Part shown: piece after piece, positions 38,900 through 51,978 of the stretch
Position numbering within the stretch: the first letter of the stretch is position 1
Layout: each line of letters starts with the position of its first letter
DNA from: Octopus sinensis
Lineage: Eukaryota
Direction of reading: 5' to 3'
Assembly (NCBI RefSeq): GCF_006345805.1
Contig: NC_042998.1
Span: 142,166,001 to 142,230,000 of the forward strand
Length of the DNA: 64,000 nt
Position numbers and translations under genes: made by a program
The notes under the pieces: generated by a model
Told to the model about the DNA's origin: nothing
Seen by the model: only the letters and a program-made list of their open reading frames with translations
Databases searched by the model: none

Positions 38900-41338
38900 A
38901 GACAGATTATGTTGCGTATAACAATATTTAAGTACGAACAAGGGGAAGGAGTTACCTTCGAGGCTTACTATAGAAGATACGAAAAAATCTTCAATAAAGA
39001 GTGCAAAGATTGGGACGACGATACGAAAACGCGCTTAATCTTAAGAAAACTGGCAGCAGGAGAACATGAGCGTTACAGCAATTATGTATTCCCGAAAAAA
39101 AACCTTCTGACATAAACTTTAAAGATACAATAGACATATTGTGTAAAAGTTTTAGCGAGAAAAGCTCCTCGTTAAATACACGTTAGAAATGTTTGAACCC
39201 AGAAAAGAACAGCGAGGAGAATTACATCACATATGCTGGTAAAGTTAACAGGGAATGTGAAACATTCAAGCTGGACGAATTAACGCCAGATATGTTCAAG
39301 TGCCCGACATTTACTCAAGGTCTAACTGCAGAGAAAGGCGCAGAAGTAAGAACAAGAATTCTCGCTAAGCTGGAACAAAGCCAAACTGTAACCTTACAAC
39401 AAGTGTCAGAAGAGTGTGAAGGAATAGTAAATTTAAGACACGTCACAGAGAAAAGTGAACATAATGATTGCTCCCAAGTGAAACAAGTGCGAAACAGGCA
39501 GAATAGAAATTAAGTCTGTACTAAAATACAGTACAAACAGGACAAGAATTAGGGGAAAAAAACATGTTTTGCATGTGGAGGTCTACACCAGAGGAAAAAC
39601 TATCCATTTAAGAAAGTAGAATGCTTCCGGTTTGGAAATATTGGATCCATAAAAACGCACTGTAAAACCAAGATGACAAAACGTTGGAGCAATGAAAAAA
39701 GAATAAACAGTATGTCGTCGAAAGAAAATGGTAATGTAACAGAGAAAATTCGTAAAGGTGAAAATTAAAAATATAAGAGTAAAAATACAGTTAGACACTG
39801 GAAGTGATATTACCATTGTGAACGAAAAAATTTGGAAGTATATCGGTGAGCCGAAATTAAGTAAACTTACAACAGTAGCACATGCTGTTACGGGTAAAAG
39901 ATTTTGTCGGTGAATTTGTGTGTAATGTAACATTTCGTGACCAAACAAAAACGGCAAAAATATGTGTTAAAAAATTCAGTTAATCTATTCGGCGCAGAGT
40001 TCAAATTGTGGAATACGCCTATAAGTTATTTGTGTGAGAATATAGTCGGTTCAGACGAAGGTTCGAATGAAGCCGAGGAATTGAAATAAGAAATAAAACA
40101 TTTATTTCCAGCTGTTTTCTCGGAGTAATTGGGCTGTTGCACGAAAACAAAGGCAAAAATTGCAGTAAAACAAAGTGCAACACCTATACTTAAGCATAAA
40201 TGGAATGTACCATTCGCGGCAAAATTACCCACTATAAAAAGTGAACCTTGGCCAAAAGTAGATGTTCCGTAGACTACACATCGGTTTCACTGGTCCTTTA
40301 AACGGTTCATACTACTTAGTGGTAGCTGATAATTTCTCTAAATTGCCAGAAATTTTTAAGTGTAAAAAACCAACCTCTTCAACTGTGACAAATTTTTTAC
40401 CTGAGCTGTTTGCGAAATTTGACATCCCAGACGTGGACAATGAAACGCAATTTGTCTTTTGAATTTAAAAAGTTCTCTAAACGGACACGCAGAACGCTTT
40501 GTCGAATAGTTCAAGAGAGCCCTAAGAAAGTCGAATAAGGAAGTCACGGATGAGCTAGCTCTATAACAATTCTTAAGAGTATACCGTGTGACACCAAATC
40601 CAAATACACCAGCAGATATATCACCAGCAGAGCTGATGTTTGTGAGGAAAGTAAAATCAGTCTTCGACAAATTGCTACCTGACAAGAAACGAAAATTTGC
40701 CATGGAAAATACAGCAAGATCTTTCAAAATTGGTGAAAAAGGTATTTGTGAGGGCATATAAGAACGGAAAACATAGTTGGGAAGATGGCGTGATTATCAA
40801 ACGCATAGGAAAAATGCTATACAAGAGACACATAAACCAACTGAAGAAAAGATTCATTGAGAGCGAATCCAAGAGAATGGAAGAACCAATGGAATAGTTG
40901 TATGATACTTTTCAAGTACCAACGCCACTACAGGTGATTGAATCCAGGCGCACAAATGTAAGAAAAAGAAAATGTGAGGAGTTCCTGGAAGTGGATGCCA
41001 AACGAAAAAATATTAAATGTTTAACTAAGAAAAAAAGCTAAAAAAGGGGAGGTGGGGTGATATAAAAATTATTTCCGATAAAAGAAATAAAATGAGAATC
41101 CTAAAATAAAGAAAAACTTAAATGAGGAGATGTTGAGACGAAAACAGTAATAATGGTACACCCTCCTACGTGACGAGTGGTATGTACTTGTCACTATAAT
41201 TAAGATGGCGTCAGTCAGTATAGAGAGAGACAGAATACGAAGAAGACGTTTTTAGGTAGTCGTGTCCTTATTGGTCTAATAATTATACTGCTATACCGAA
41301 GTGTGCGTTATAACAACCCGACGTTAAGAATTACAACA
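38900..41338 (+). mobile_element. Decayed, internally deleted Ty3/gypsy element (gag, protease, integrase remnants, 3' LTR)
   Basis: gag pieces (38855-39513), CFACGGLH knuckle at ~39565, QLDTGSDITIV at ~39788-39820, integrase pieces RLHIGFTGP..YYLVVADNFSK and NGHAERFV..YRVTP..SPAELMF. RT mostly absent. Confidence 0.88.
41131..41338 (+). repeat. Putative 3' LTR (208 bp)
   Basis: TGTTG...CAACA inverted termini, preceded by purine tract GAGGAGA, directly downstream of integrase remnants. No 5' LTR partner seen. Confidence 0.6.
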
Positions 41339-41659
41339 CAAATTTTAAAAGGTGGTGGACGGAAACCCTTAACTGACCGAAAACGTAATGTCGTTCCGAG
41401 AAGTGGAATTATTATCTTGGACACTAACCATGGTGTAACACCTCGTCCCTGAAAACAAGATCACATCTGGCAACATTATAAGAGAACATTCATTTCGACT
41501 CAGTGGAATGTTCCTCGACTGATTTAAATTTTCAAAACTTCATCGAAACGAGATCCAAGCCAAACCATTTATAATGCGAGGTGGACCTTCAGATGTATAC
41601 AACTTATCAGGCTACAAATATTTGCACAGATCCGACAAAATTATTAGAAATAAGTACCA

Positions 41660-41830
41660 ACTTATTAGTAAGTACCTCTTGGAGGAGGGCGCTAATCGAC
41701 TACATCGCCCCCAATGCTCAACTTTATCGACCTCTAAAGAATAAAAGGCGGAATTTGAACACAGAAACGTAAAGCAGGAAGATATGTCGCTAAGCACTTG
41801 TCCAGCGTGCTCACGATTCTACCATCTCAC
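41660..41830 (-). mobile_element. Diverged SINE, family A
   Basis: aatcgactacatcgcccc..tttatcgacc..ggcggaatttgaacacagaaacgtaaag. Confidence 0.6.
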
Positions 41831-42649
41831 TGCATTAAAAGTAACAAGTCTAAATGTTATTGTCATGGTCATATGCTTCCACAGTAGTAGAACTTCTTTC
41901 CATTCCCTTACAGCTAAGTATAGTAGCGGAGCAGTGCCAAATAAGGTACACTTCAACCAAAACAATAAAACAATAAAAACTTGCATGTTCATATGTATAT
42001 TTCATTGTACAAACCATCCTGTTCGTGAGATTTTTCTTTCTTGCAACCACTCAATATCACTCGTGTCTCTTAGTGAACACTGTTAGGAGCCTTTTACCTC
42101 TTGTGCTGTGCATTGCGACAAGCTATCGACGTAGGCTTTCAATCTTCAATATCTTAAACTGTACTGCAACGTCGCGCTGACTTTCTGCTGAATATCTCCC
42201 ATACATCTAATCGATATGAAACTTTCCCCTCTGTACCCACGTCATCCGTGAAAGACCGTCGGGGATAGGATTTGTCGCCAATTATCTCCTCCACGACTTC
42301 GCCCTATAATACAGTTCCTCGTCTAATGTATCAATTAAATCTCTCATTTAATGATCTCTAATTAAATCAAGAAAATTAATGACAGATTCCTACTGCACAA
42401 CCAACTCCAAGAGCTACTTCATCAAAATATTTCTCGCAATCTCGTCATCACAAAGATGGAATACATTAACTTCTCTGGAGGTAGTACAAGGTTGTTGCTG
42501 TTATTCACCTCCAAGTTAATCTTGATTGAGCAGACCTGTGATCATACGATTTTCGACCATGAACATCCTGTCGTATTTTCAGGTATAGCGTCACTAGAAT
42601 TACATGATCCACTGGAAATTGGGCATTACTGTTTTCGACTAATACTCGG

Positions 42650-42840
42650 TTTCCATGACACAGAAGTAACTGAGACCATAACATTCCCTTTGAATAGGAT
42701 GCCAGTCCGTCGTAGGGTTACTTATTTACGGCTGAATGGACTGGAACAATGTGAAATGAGACGTTTTGCTTAAGACACAATGCACCGCCCAGTCCACGAT
42801 CTTGAGTGCAACACCCTAACCTCTAAGCCACGCACCTTCC
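42650..42840 (-). mobile_element. Diverged SINE, family B variant
   Basis: gactggaacaatgtgaaatgag..ctaacctctaagccacgcacc. Confidence 0.6.
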
Positions 42841-43282
42841 CAAAAAACCCAGCGTGTCTTTTCTTTCTTTTAAAGATTGTAGGGCTTGATTCGAGGGAAG
42901 TTTGGTTGGTGTTTCTAGCAGTTTCTTATCGACTATTGATAAGCAGCCTTCCTCTTAACTCACCCAGTAGCAGATGGTTACATCCATTAGACAATATATA
43001 CACAGTTTAAAATCAAGACGAATACAACGAAGTCTCTATCTGGCAAGAGTAGAGCTACAATGCCGACTGACAAATCGCTTTGACATATTGCAAGAGATAG
43101 TCGGATAAAAGCCATAACTACGTAGCTATATCAATTATTATCATCCTCAATATCGACTATTAAAAAGCCTGCAAGCAAAGCTGAAAGTAGGAACCATTCA
43201 CCCACGTCAAATGTGCTACTAATAAAAATGTATTTATAGATCCTGATATTGCTATTTAACGTTTTTTTATATCAAACTTCAT

Positions 43283-43315
<33 letters not shown>

Positions 43316-43324
43316 GGTGTGTGT

Positions 43325-43355
<31 letters not shown>

Positions 43356-43478
43356 TATACATACACACACACCACATATATATATATATATATTATGTAT
43401 ATATCACTTAACCGTGTTTTTCGTTATATATGTACACATATATACAATATATTTAAGATATTTACACATATACATACA

Positions 43479-43531
<53 letters not shown>

Positions 43532-43550
43532 TACATTCATATATATATAT

Positions 43551-43581
<31 letters not shown>

Positions 43582-45179
43582 CGAAAAAGACAGAGTTGCA
43601 GAAAAAAGATGGATTGACTGTCAAGTATTGCAGCAGCAAACTGATACAAAGATAGTGGTTAAGTGAACTGACATTGTCATAAAGAATTATTATTTAAGTT
43701 ATCCTACATAATAACGATAAAGCAAATAACTCGAAGAAGAAAATATTAATTTTAAACATGGCAGGAGATGAGAGATCAAAGATAAGGGGAGCCTTCTGCA
43801 AAAATATTGGGAGAGAATGAAAGAGGCAGAAAGATAATGAAATTCAAATACAAAAACAAATCGTTGTTCAAGCATCTATTAATGGATGATCAACCACATT
43901 CCCTTTATGGGTGGTGAAAGAGTATTAAATGGGGTAAATGAAATTGTTCGGAGCTAGTGCATGCCTTCTAGTCTATCTGGCTGTTATTTACATAATCAGA
44001 CATGATTGTAAAAACAACACATATTTTGAATTATCAATTCGTTTCTTGTCAGAAAAAAATGTGAGGGTAACTTCTTAAATATTAATGGGATTTCCTTGGT
44101 AGGGTTGATGGTAGCTCGGTAGTATTTTTTGGCATCTCTGTTTTGTCTTCTCGTGTTATTTGCTATGTAATCGCTTACAATATGTTCGTTTACACTTTTT
44201 TTTTTGTTTTTGCCAAAGCCGACGACCACAAGTTCCTTCGGATTCCAGTTGGATAGTTTCTTTAAACGTTGTCAAAATATTTGAAAAATTTGATTTTGGA
44301 ATTACAGCTGAACGAATTTCTTGTCAACATTCTTTACTTGGCTTCTTATAATTGATTTTGTTTTACTAAGCGCAGGACCAGGAAGAGGGTAGTTTGGCGA
44401 TATAATCAATAAGATTGATGCCAAATATTTTAACGATGCTTATTTAATCAGCACGTTTCACATGTGTGACTTAGGGATGAGGATGAGATCGATTTAATTC
44501 AATCCTTAGTTATGTGATCAGAAAAGATCCGGTAGAGGGGTCGATTTTTGACATGAATGTTATTATAGATTAAGTTGGCTGAAGTTTGCTTCACAGAGGC
44601 TCAGCTATATTTTGATCCAGGAGAGTTTTTCTAACGCATACAGGGTATGTTGAATGAAGATCTATTCTTTACATTTCTTGTTGCTTCATTTCCCTGCATG
44701 TTCTTGTTGTATTTCGGGAAGGTTATTACGCTAACAATAAACACATGCACTGGTTCAATTTCTTTTCTTTGATATTATTCGTCAATTGGTCAGTTATTTA
44801 AGCAGCTTAATCAAGAATCTTGCAAACCAAATACAAAACCTAGTTGTTCCATACATGTCTTACAGCTAAAAGGGTTTGTAGTTAGTTAAGGTATACTTCT
44901 TGTTCATAGACACAACCATGGACACATATCAGCGTAGGAACAGACAAAGGACCGATAGATAGATAGATAAACAGACAAACAGAAGATGTCGCTGAATTAA
45001 ATTTCCGAAAAATTCAATTTTCCTACGCCAACAAGTTCACATTCTCATACATTTATTTATTTCCAGAAAACAACAATCGCAGACGGAAAGATCTTGAATC
45101 AAAGAAAAATATTTCCCTATCACCCAGTAAATCTTATTTGAAACGAGAATCATTTTGTTACTGATTATCTTTAATGTAT

Positions 45180-45386
45180 ATTTCTTTACTACCCACAAGG
45201 GGCTAAACACGGAGGGGACAAACGGATTAAGTCGATTACATCGACCCCAGTGCGTAACTGGTACTTAATTTATCGACCCCGAAAGGATGAAAGGCAAAGT
45301 CAACCTCGGCGGAATTTGAACTCAGAACGTAACGGCAGACGAAATACGGCTACGCATTTCGCCCGGCGTGCTAACGTTTCTGCCAA
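45180..45386 (-). mobile_element. tRNA-derived SINE, family A (well preserved)
   Basis: gtcgattacatcgaccccagtgcgtaactggtacttaatttatcgaccccgaaaggatgaaaggcaaagtcaacctcggcggaatttgaactcagaacg. Confidence 0.85.
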
Positions 45387-45835
45387 ACCCAACCACAAAC
45401 ACATGTTAAGACTTTTTTTTTTACCTCTTTAATCGTCCAATGCAGAGTTTCATTTCATTTTATTTTATTTTATTTTTGTCACCACCATCATTGTTCTTGT
45501 AGGCTGTGGCTGTTGTTATAAACTTTCAACTCTGCAAAACAAATTTATAAGGCCCCACCTGCCCCCCTCTGATCCTTCTCTTTTCATCTTCTGTTTCAGA
45601 TTTCTCGGCGATTTCTAATTGTTTTGCTGCTAGTGAGTGTTTGTTATTTCTGTTTAGTACAAACACAGATAAAAGGAGGGCCATATTATAATTAGTTTGA
45701 TATTGCTAGGCAACGAACAAGTAACTGTGCATATCTGTACGTGTGTATGTGTGTGTGTTCGTGTGAATGTATGTACGCGTAAATATATATGTACATATAA
45801 CATATTTATTGAATGTACGTCTATATATATATGAG

Positions 45836-45878
<43 letters not shown>

Positions 45879-45923
45879 ATATACATATATATATACATAT
45901 ATTTATATACATACATATATATA

Positions 45924-45986
<63 letters not shown>

Positions 45987-46135
45987 CAAAGAGTAATAAA
46001 GATTCAAGTTAATTTAAAAAAATTTACTTGAATATGGTACCTAACTTAGATGCACCAAAAAAAACCATACTGATTTAACAATACAGTAATGTGGGGTGAT
46101 TATAAGCGAGAAAGAAGCAACAAGAATGGATAGGT

Positions 46136-46226
46136 TTTTAGTACGATCGTTTCATACAAGGACAGGTTTTATTAAAAGTTGTAAAGATTACAGCATATAA
46201 ACGAGTCCCGTACTCATCAGCTAAAA
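46136..46226 (-). ncRNA. Type I hammerhead ribozyme
   Basis: Reverse complement of 47990-48080. Confidence 0.82.
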
Positions 46227-47989
46227 TACATGTAAGTTCTCTAGACATCCTAGTGTTTGAGGCTATACTCATGAAGTAATGTAGATAATTAAACAGATTT
46301 CTAAAGTTCATTAAAGTTCTTTAAAGATGATGTATAGTCTTATCACAGAATTTTAAAAAAGTTTTGATAGCATCACAGAGAAGGTGACCTAATCCATATG
46401 AATTTCCATAGATATGATGAGGGATTATATACTCACAGAAGACAAATTTATCCATTGTTATTAGCATTACAGAGAGGGTGAATTAATCCTTTGTATATAT
46501 GCACAGATTCCAATGGTGTAGATGTAAATTTCCAGAGAAATGGAGATGAATTTCATATTCACAGGCGATAAATTTTACAAGGTTGAACACAATGAGGTAG
46601 GTACCAATCCTTGTTATATGATTAGGTGTTTGCCATATTAATCACATTACTGCTATTCACAAGAGGCTGTAGCTATTTAACTCTTAAAGGCTGAAGGGCT
46701 TACTAGATCGGCCAAGAATAGAGAAGGGAATAGAAGAAAAGAGAGAAAATAATGGAGGAGGGAGCAAAAAAGGGGGGGGAAAGGGGGACTAAAAGAGAAG
46801 AGAAAAGGAAACAGAGAATAAGAAGAAGAAAAAAGAAAGAAGAGAAAAGAGAAAAGATGGGAAAGAAGGGAAAAAAAGAAAAAGAAAAAAAGGGGGTTCT
46901 AGTTATACAGAAGAGCTAGTAGACTGTAAGTCTGGTTTTAATCAACAGGCATCTAGGAATTAGAGGGGAATATTATTCTTTGACCAGTAAACCGTTAATT
47001 TATTGCTGTTGAAATCAGCTATGAGTTTAAAGAGAATCTAAAGAGATAACACAGTCAGGGGTTAAGGGGTCAGAAGCTAAAATCACCAGAAAATACATTA
47101 GGAAAATCTAAGTATAATCTTATCAAAAAGTCATTAAAAATTTACTTATTTAATTTATTCATTTTATTGTCTTAAGGAGTTGTCGTTATTATTCATACAT
47201 TGACTGACTACAGGTCAAATCTTATAAGATCATTTACAAGGTGTTAGGGGATTGTCTATCCTAATGAAGATAATCATATTATCACGAGGAATAGCCTTAT
47301 TTATTTAATTATGAAATAGAATTATGGGGCGGCTACAGTAACTAATTATAATTTATTAGAGTTATGCTATTTAAATTAGATTAAGTTAGGAATTAAAATT
47401 AAATATTACAATTAAGATTTAAAATTAAGAATTTAAAAATTGTGAGTTTGAAATTAAATAAAGCCTCAATTAAGTAGCGAATAAGTACTATTCATTTCCC
47501 TGTTCTCAAAAAACTGATGCAGATATAAGGAAAAAGATAAAGATAACTGTAATGTGAGAACTCTTAGTTATCTACTTAAAGCAGTGCTATACTAGTAGAA
47601 ATCAAGTTATATCTATCTATCTAGTTATGAATATTCCAATCATTTAAAATATTTTAAAGTCTTCAATTTAGCGTGGACACAAACTTGACCTAGTTCGATA
47701 TGGTTATTCAATAAGTTTCTATGTTTACTATGCTTTAGAATTTCGTACGTCTCCATGGAGCATAGTTGACAACCAACCCTACTATTTTTATACGGAATTG
47801 CTCTCCTAACTATTTCCCAATTAAGGGTATAATTTTTGTTATTATTTTTGAGTTCCCAGATTTTGTTTGAAAGTGTGGTGGTACCAGCTTTATGACGTAA
47901 TTTAATGAACTTTAGAAATCTGTTTAATTATCTACATTACTTCATGAGTATAGCCTCAAACACTAGGATGTCTAGAGAACTTACATGTA

Positions 47990-48080
47990 TTTTAGCTGAT
48001 GAGTACGGGACTCGTTTATATGCTGTAATCTTTACAACTTTTAATAAAACCTGTCCTTGTATGAAACGATCGTACTAAAA
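47990..48080 (+). ncRNA. Type I hammerhead ribozyme
   Basis: TTTTAG-CTGATGA-GTAC-GGGAC...GTCCT-t-GTAT-GAAA-CGATCG-TA-CTAAAA. Canonical core, palindromic stem III, GUA site with cleavage after 48074. Confidence 0.82.
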
Positions 48081-48639
48081 ACCTATCCATTCTTGTTGCT
48101 TCTTTCTCGCGTATATATATATATATATATATATACATATATATGCATATGACAATGATTGCCATTTGAGCAGCACATATTAACCCCATGTATATACGTG
48201 TTTGTGTGTATGTGTGTGTGTGCCCATATTTGTCTATTTATATACACAAACACGCACACAGACACCAACACATACCTGCACATGGAGACGCACGCGTACA
48301 CACACACACACAACCCCACCCAACTTCATAACTATATAACATTCCATCAAATACATCAAGTGTGATGTTTTCCACAGTGATACTTCCAGTTAGAACAACA
48401 AGGGTTTCGCTCATTATATTTAAAAAAAGTTGAGTTGGCTGCAGAATCATTAGCGCGCCGAATAAAATGTTTAATGGCATTTTTTTCTAGTTCTTGAAGT
48501 CCGGAGCTGTTATTCCGCCGAGGTCGACCTCGATGAAGAATTACCGGTTGGAGTTGTTTTGGGGTGGATCCTGATTTGCCGGGAAGTGACCCACAGACTT
48601 CGGTCTCGAAGACTTAATCATTACATATATATATATATA

Positions 48640-48830
48640 TATATGTTTACTTACTGCAGTCGTCATTTGACTGTGGCCATGCTGGGGCATTACCTTGAAA
48701 GGTTTAATCGAACAAATCACCCTTGGCACTAATTTCTTTAACCTGGTACTTATTTTATAGTTTTCTTTTGCCGAGCCGCTAATATAGGTGGACTTAAACA
48801 AACCAACACCGGTTGCCAAGCGCTGATGGA
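48640..48830 (-). mobile_element. 3' part of SINE family C
   Basis: gtcatttgactgtggccatgctggggc..cctggtacttattttat..gccgagccgctaa. Confidence 0.65.
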
Positions 48831-49184
48831 ATGAACTAAACAGAAATACACATACATGTATGGAATAACCGGAGCAAGAGCACAGATGAAAGATTTCCTG
48901 ACAATGGACAAGAGTTAGAATAAGAACAGTAATAAACGAGTGAAGAACGAATATATAGTGCGTGTGTTTATTTGGCAAAAATATATATATGTTTGTTTCC
49001 TTGTCCTGTTTTTATTCTTTACTTGTACTGTATTTTTTTAATTTGTATTTTTATTTTGTATTTGTTTTTTTATTTGTATTGTTTTTACGTCCTGTTTTTG
49101 TCACAATTTTTTCTTTCCTTGTTTTTACCCCTCTGCAAAGGAATTTTATTTAATTCTTTCGCAGGAAGGGCTAGTTCGACGAGT

Positions 49185-49246
49185 CGTGTTCTGTCCTTAC
49201 CTTCGAAACACGCATGGAGTCGAACTAGGGACAGCTGATGAAGGGG
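49185..49246 (+). ncRNA. Candidate rearranged (non-circularly permuted) hammerhead motif
   Basis: CGTG-TT-CTGTCC..CTTC-GAAA-CACG..GGACAG-CTGATGA-a-GGGG. All core and stem parts are present but in non-standard order. Confidence 0.4.
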
Positions 49247-49461
49247 AATTTTCCTTGTATTGTTTGTCTTGTACTCTGTTTTTTCGTTATTAAAAAAAGT
49301 CCGTTTCCATGTTTGTTTTTACGTTTTCGTTTCTTGTTGAGTTCTACGTCTATTTGTGGTGTCCTGTACTCACATATATATATTTATATATGCATGTATA
49401 TATACATGTAGATGTAGGTACGTACATATATGTATGTATGTATGCATATATTTTATTATTA

Positions 49462-49597
<136 letters not shown>

Positions 49598-49599
49598 GA

Positions 49600-49915
49600 A
49601 AGTAATAAAATGAAACTATTAAAAGTGAAACTATTGAAAGTGAAATCATATAAAAGTGAAATTATTATGTCACATTACAATAGAAATGTTATTGTTTCTT
49701 TTTTAACACGTAATGCAGAAACAGTGTAAGAGATTACTCTGGCCTAGCATTAGGCAAGAAGTTATACAAAAAAAATGGGCCCAAAACACTCTATGGACCC
49801 TAAGTAATGCATGTGTAAAAGTTGAATGGAAGCAGATGAGTAGTTTTCGAGTTTTAGCGCTGCACACATACATACATACATACAGACACACGTCCTCAGT
49901 TTTATATATAGAGAT
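49600..49915 (-). mobile_element. Possible Helitron-like non-autonomous 5' fragment
   Basis: Right end ..acatacagacacacgtcctcagttttatatatagaga resembles the TC ends of 16541 and 63530. Confidence 0.4.
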
Positions 49916-49990
49916 TTAATAACAGTTTGCTTTGGTTCCATGCAACTTAATGTCTCAGAGATAAATATCTGTTATTAAATAATGAAGATA

Positions 49991-50067
<77 letters not shown>

Positions 50068-50198
50068 TGTGTGTATGTATGTATGTGTGTGCATGTATGT
50101 ATGTATATAGTTGAAATTTACAGAAATACAAAAGACAAAGACAGGCGTATAAACAACAAATAGGTATATTAGTTTAATGCTCGGGAAGGTGAGAAAGT

Positions 50199-50234
50199 CT
50201 TTTACGTTTCGAGCTTACGTTCTTCAACAGAAAG
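50199..50234 (-). ncRNA. Minimal hammerhead variant
   Basis: Minus strand: CTTT-CTGTTGA-a-GAAC-GTAA-GCTC-GAAA-CG-TA-AAAG. Non-canonical CUGUUGA core, one stem II mismatch, 4-nt palindromic stem III. Confidence 0.5.
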
Positions 50235-50299
50235 GAACACGAGGGAATAAAAAGAGAGAGAATAGAAAAAGAGCTTTTAGAGCTAGCAATCAATCATAG

Positions 50300-50858
50300 A
50301 GGAGGCATGGGTGTGTGGCAAGAAGCTTGCTTCCAAACCACACGGTTCCGGGTTCAATCCCACTGCGTGGCACCTTGGGTAAGTGTCTTCTGCTATAGCC
50401 TCGGGGCAACTAAAGCCTTGCGAGTAGATTTGGTAGGCAGAAATTGAAAGAAGCCCGTCGTATATGTATATATGCATATTTATGTGTATGGGTCTTTGTG
50501 CCTGTTTGTCTTCGCACCATCGTTTGACGACCGATGTTGGTGAGCTTACGTTCCCGTAACTTGTGAGTGTTTATTGAGTGAAAACACCTAAAGCTTCACG
50601 AGGCTCCGGCAGTGGGTGTTGGCTAACCCTGCCGATTTTTTTTCGCAACAACTTTCTCTCACTCTTTCTTTATGTTTCTGTTGTACCTGTATTTCAAAGT
50701 GCCAGCCTTGTCACGCTCTGCGTCACGCTTAATCTCCCCGAGAACTACGTTAAGGGTACACGTGTTTGTAGAGTGCTCAGCCACTTGCACGTTAATTTCA
50801 CGATCAGGGTGTTCCATTGATCGGATCAACTGGAATCCTCGTAACCGACGGAGTACCG
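50300..50858 (+). mobile_element. SINE family C head fused to SINE family B body
   Basis: ggcatgggtgtgtggcaagaagcttgcttcc..gggttcaatccc head, then tgtttattgagtgaaaacacctaaagc..gatcggatcaactgga. Confidence 0.7.
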
Positions 50859-50939
<81 letters not shown>

Positions 50940-51770
50940 TATATATGCATATATATACATACATATATATAATATATATATATATATTATATATGTATTA
51001 TACATGTGTGTATGTATGTTTATCTATCTATATGTGTGCGTGCATGTATGTGGATGAGTGTATGCGTGTGTACAGTGATAAAAATACAGTGAGTTATATC
51101 AGTGTTCAACAAGTGATTTCTGATCTATTTTTACACTTGTAATTGCAAATGTTTCCAGTTTTAATCTTCCTATTTCTATATGTGTGGGTGTCCATGTTAC
51201 ATGCTTCGAATTGTTTTATGTTGCTTCAAGCTGTGTCTGCTGATGCAAACGTTCATTGGGAAGAGAAAAATAAAACTTCTATTCCTTTTTGTCTTTACTT
51301 GCTCTTATTTGTTTTGTGTAACTTTTTTTTGCTGTTTTATTTTTGTGTATGTTTGTGATGGTCATGTGATGATGTTGGTGGTGGCGAGAGGAAGTTGAAG
51401 CTTCTGGAAATCTGTAGTGACTGGAGTATAATTGACAAGTGGTTTTTCTATCTACTTTAATGTTGTATGTAAACGTGTGTAAAGTGTTCCTACTTAAGAT
51501 TCATGCGAGTTTCAACAATGTGGGATTTCAGTAACAGCTATTAGGACATGATATTGAACGAATAGATTTAATCTAATGATTGTTTCTGAGGCTTTCGTGT
51601 CACTATTCAGGTTTCAGGTGCGATGCTGGTGCTTAGTGCTGGTGTCTATAGAATGACTGATTTCCAACCTATTATTTGCTTTTACTTACGTAGTATTGCT
51701 GGCAAATTATTTTGTATTAATACGTAGAATATGTGCAAGTAGGTTCTTGCTAGAAACGTAAATTTAACAA

Positions 51771-51838
<68 letters not shown>

Positions 51839-51936
51839 ATCTATTTCTCTTCCTCTTTCTTTCTTTCGTTTTTCTTTCCTTTTCTTTCTCTCTCTCTCTA
51901 ATTCTCTCTTCCTTTCTCTCTTTTCTTTCTCTCTTC

Positions 51937-51977
<41 letters not shown>

Positions 51978-51978
<1 letters not shown>

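Larger units (their letters stand above)
46106..48110. mobile_element. Penelope-like element: 210-bp inverted terminal repeats, each carrying a hammerhead, around a 1.6-kb AT-rich interior
   Basis: 46106-46315 is the reverse complement of 47901-48110. (TA)n on both sides. No RT or GIY-YIG frame recognised inside. Confidence 0.8.

Noticed and set aside
46316-47900. Penelope RT/GIY-YIG coding sequence between the inverted repeats
   Set aside because: No ORF in the track and no motif recognised by eye.
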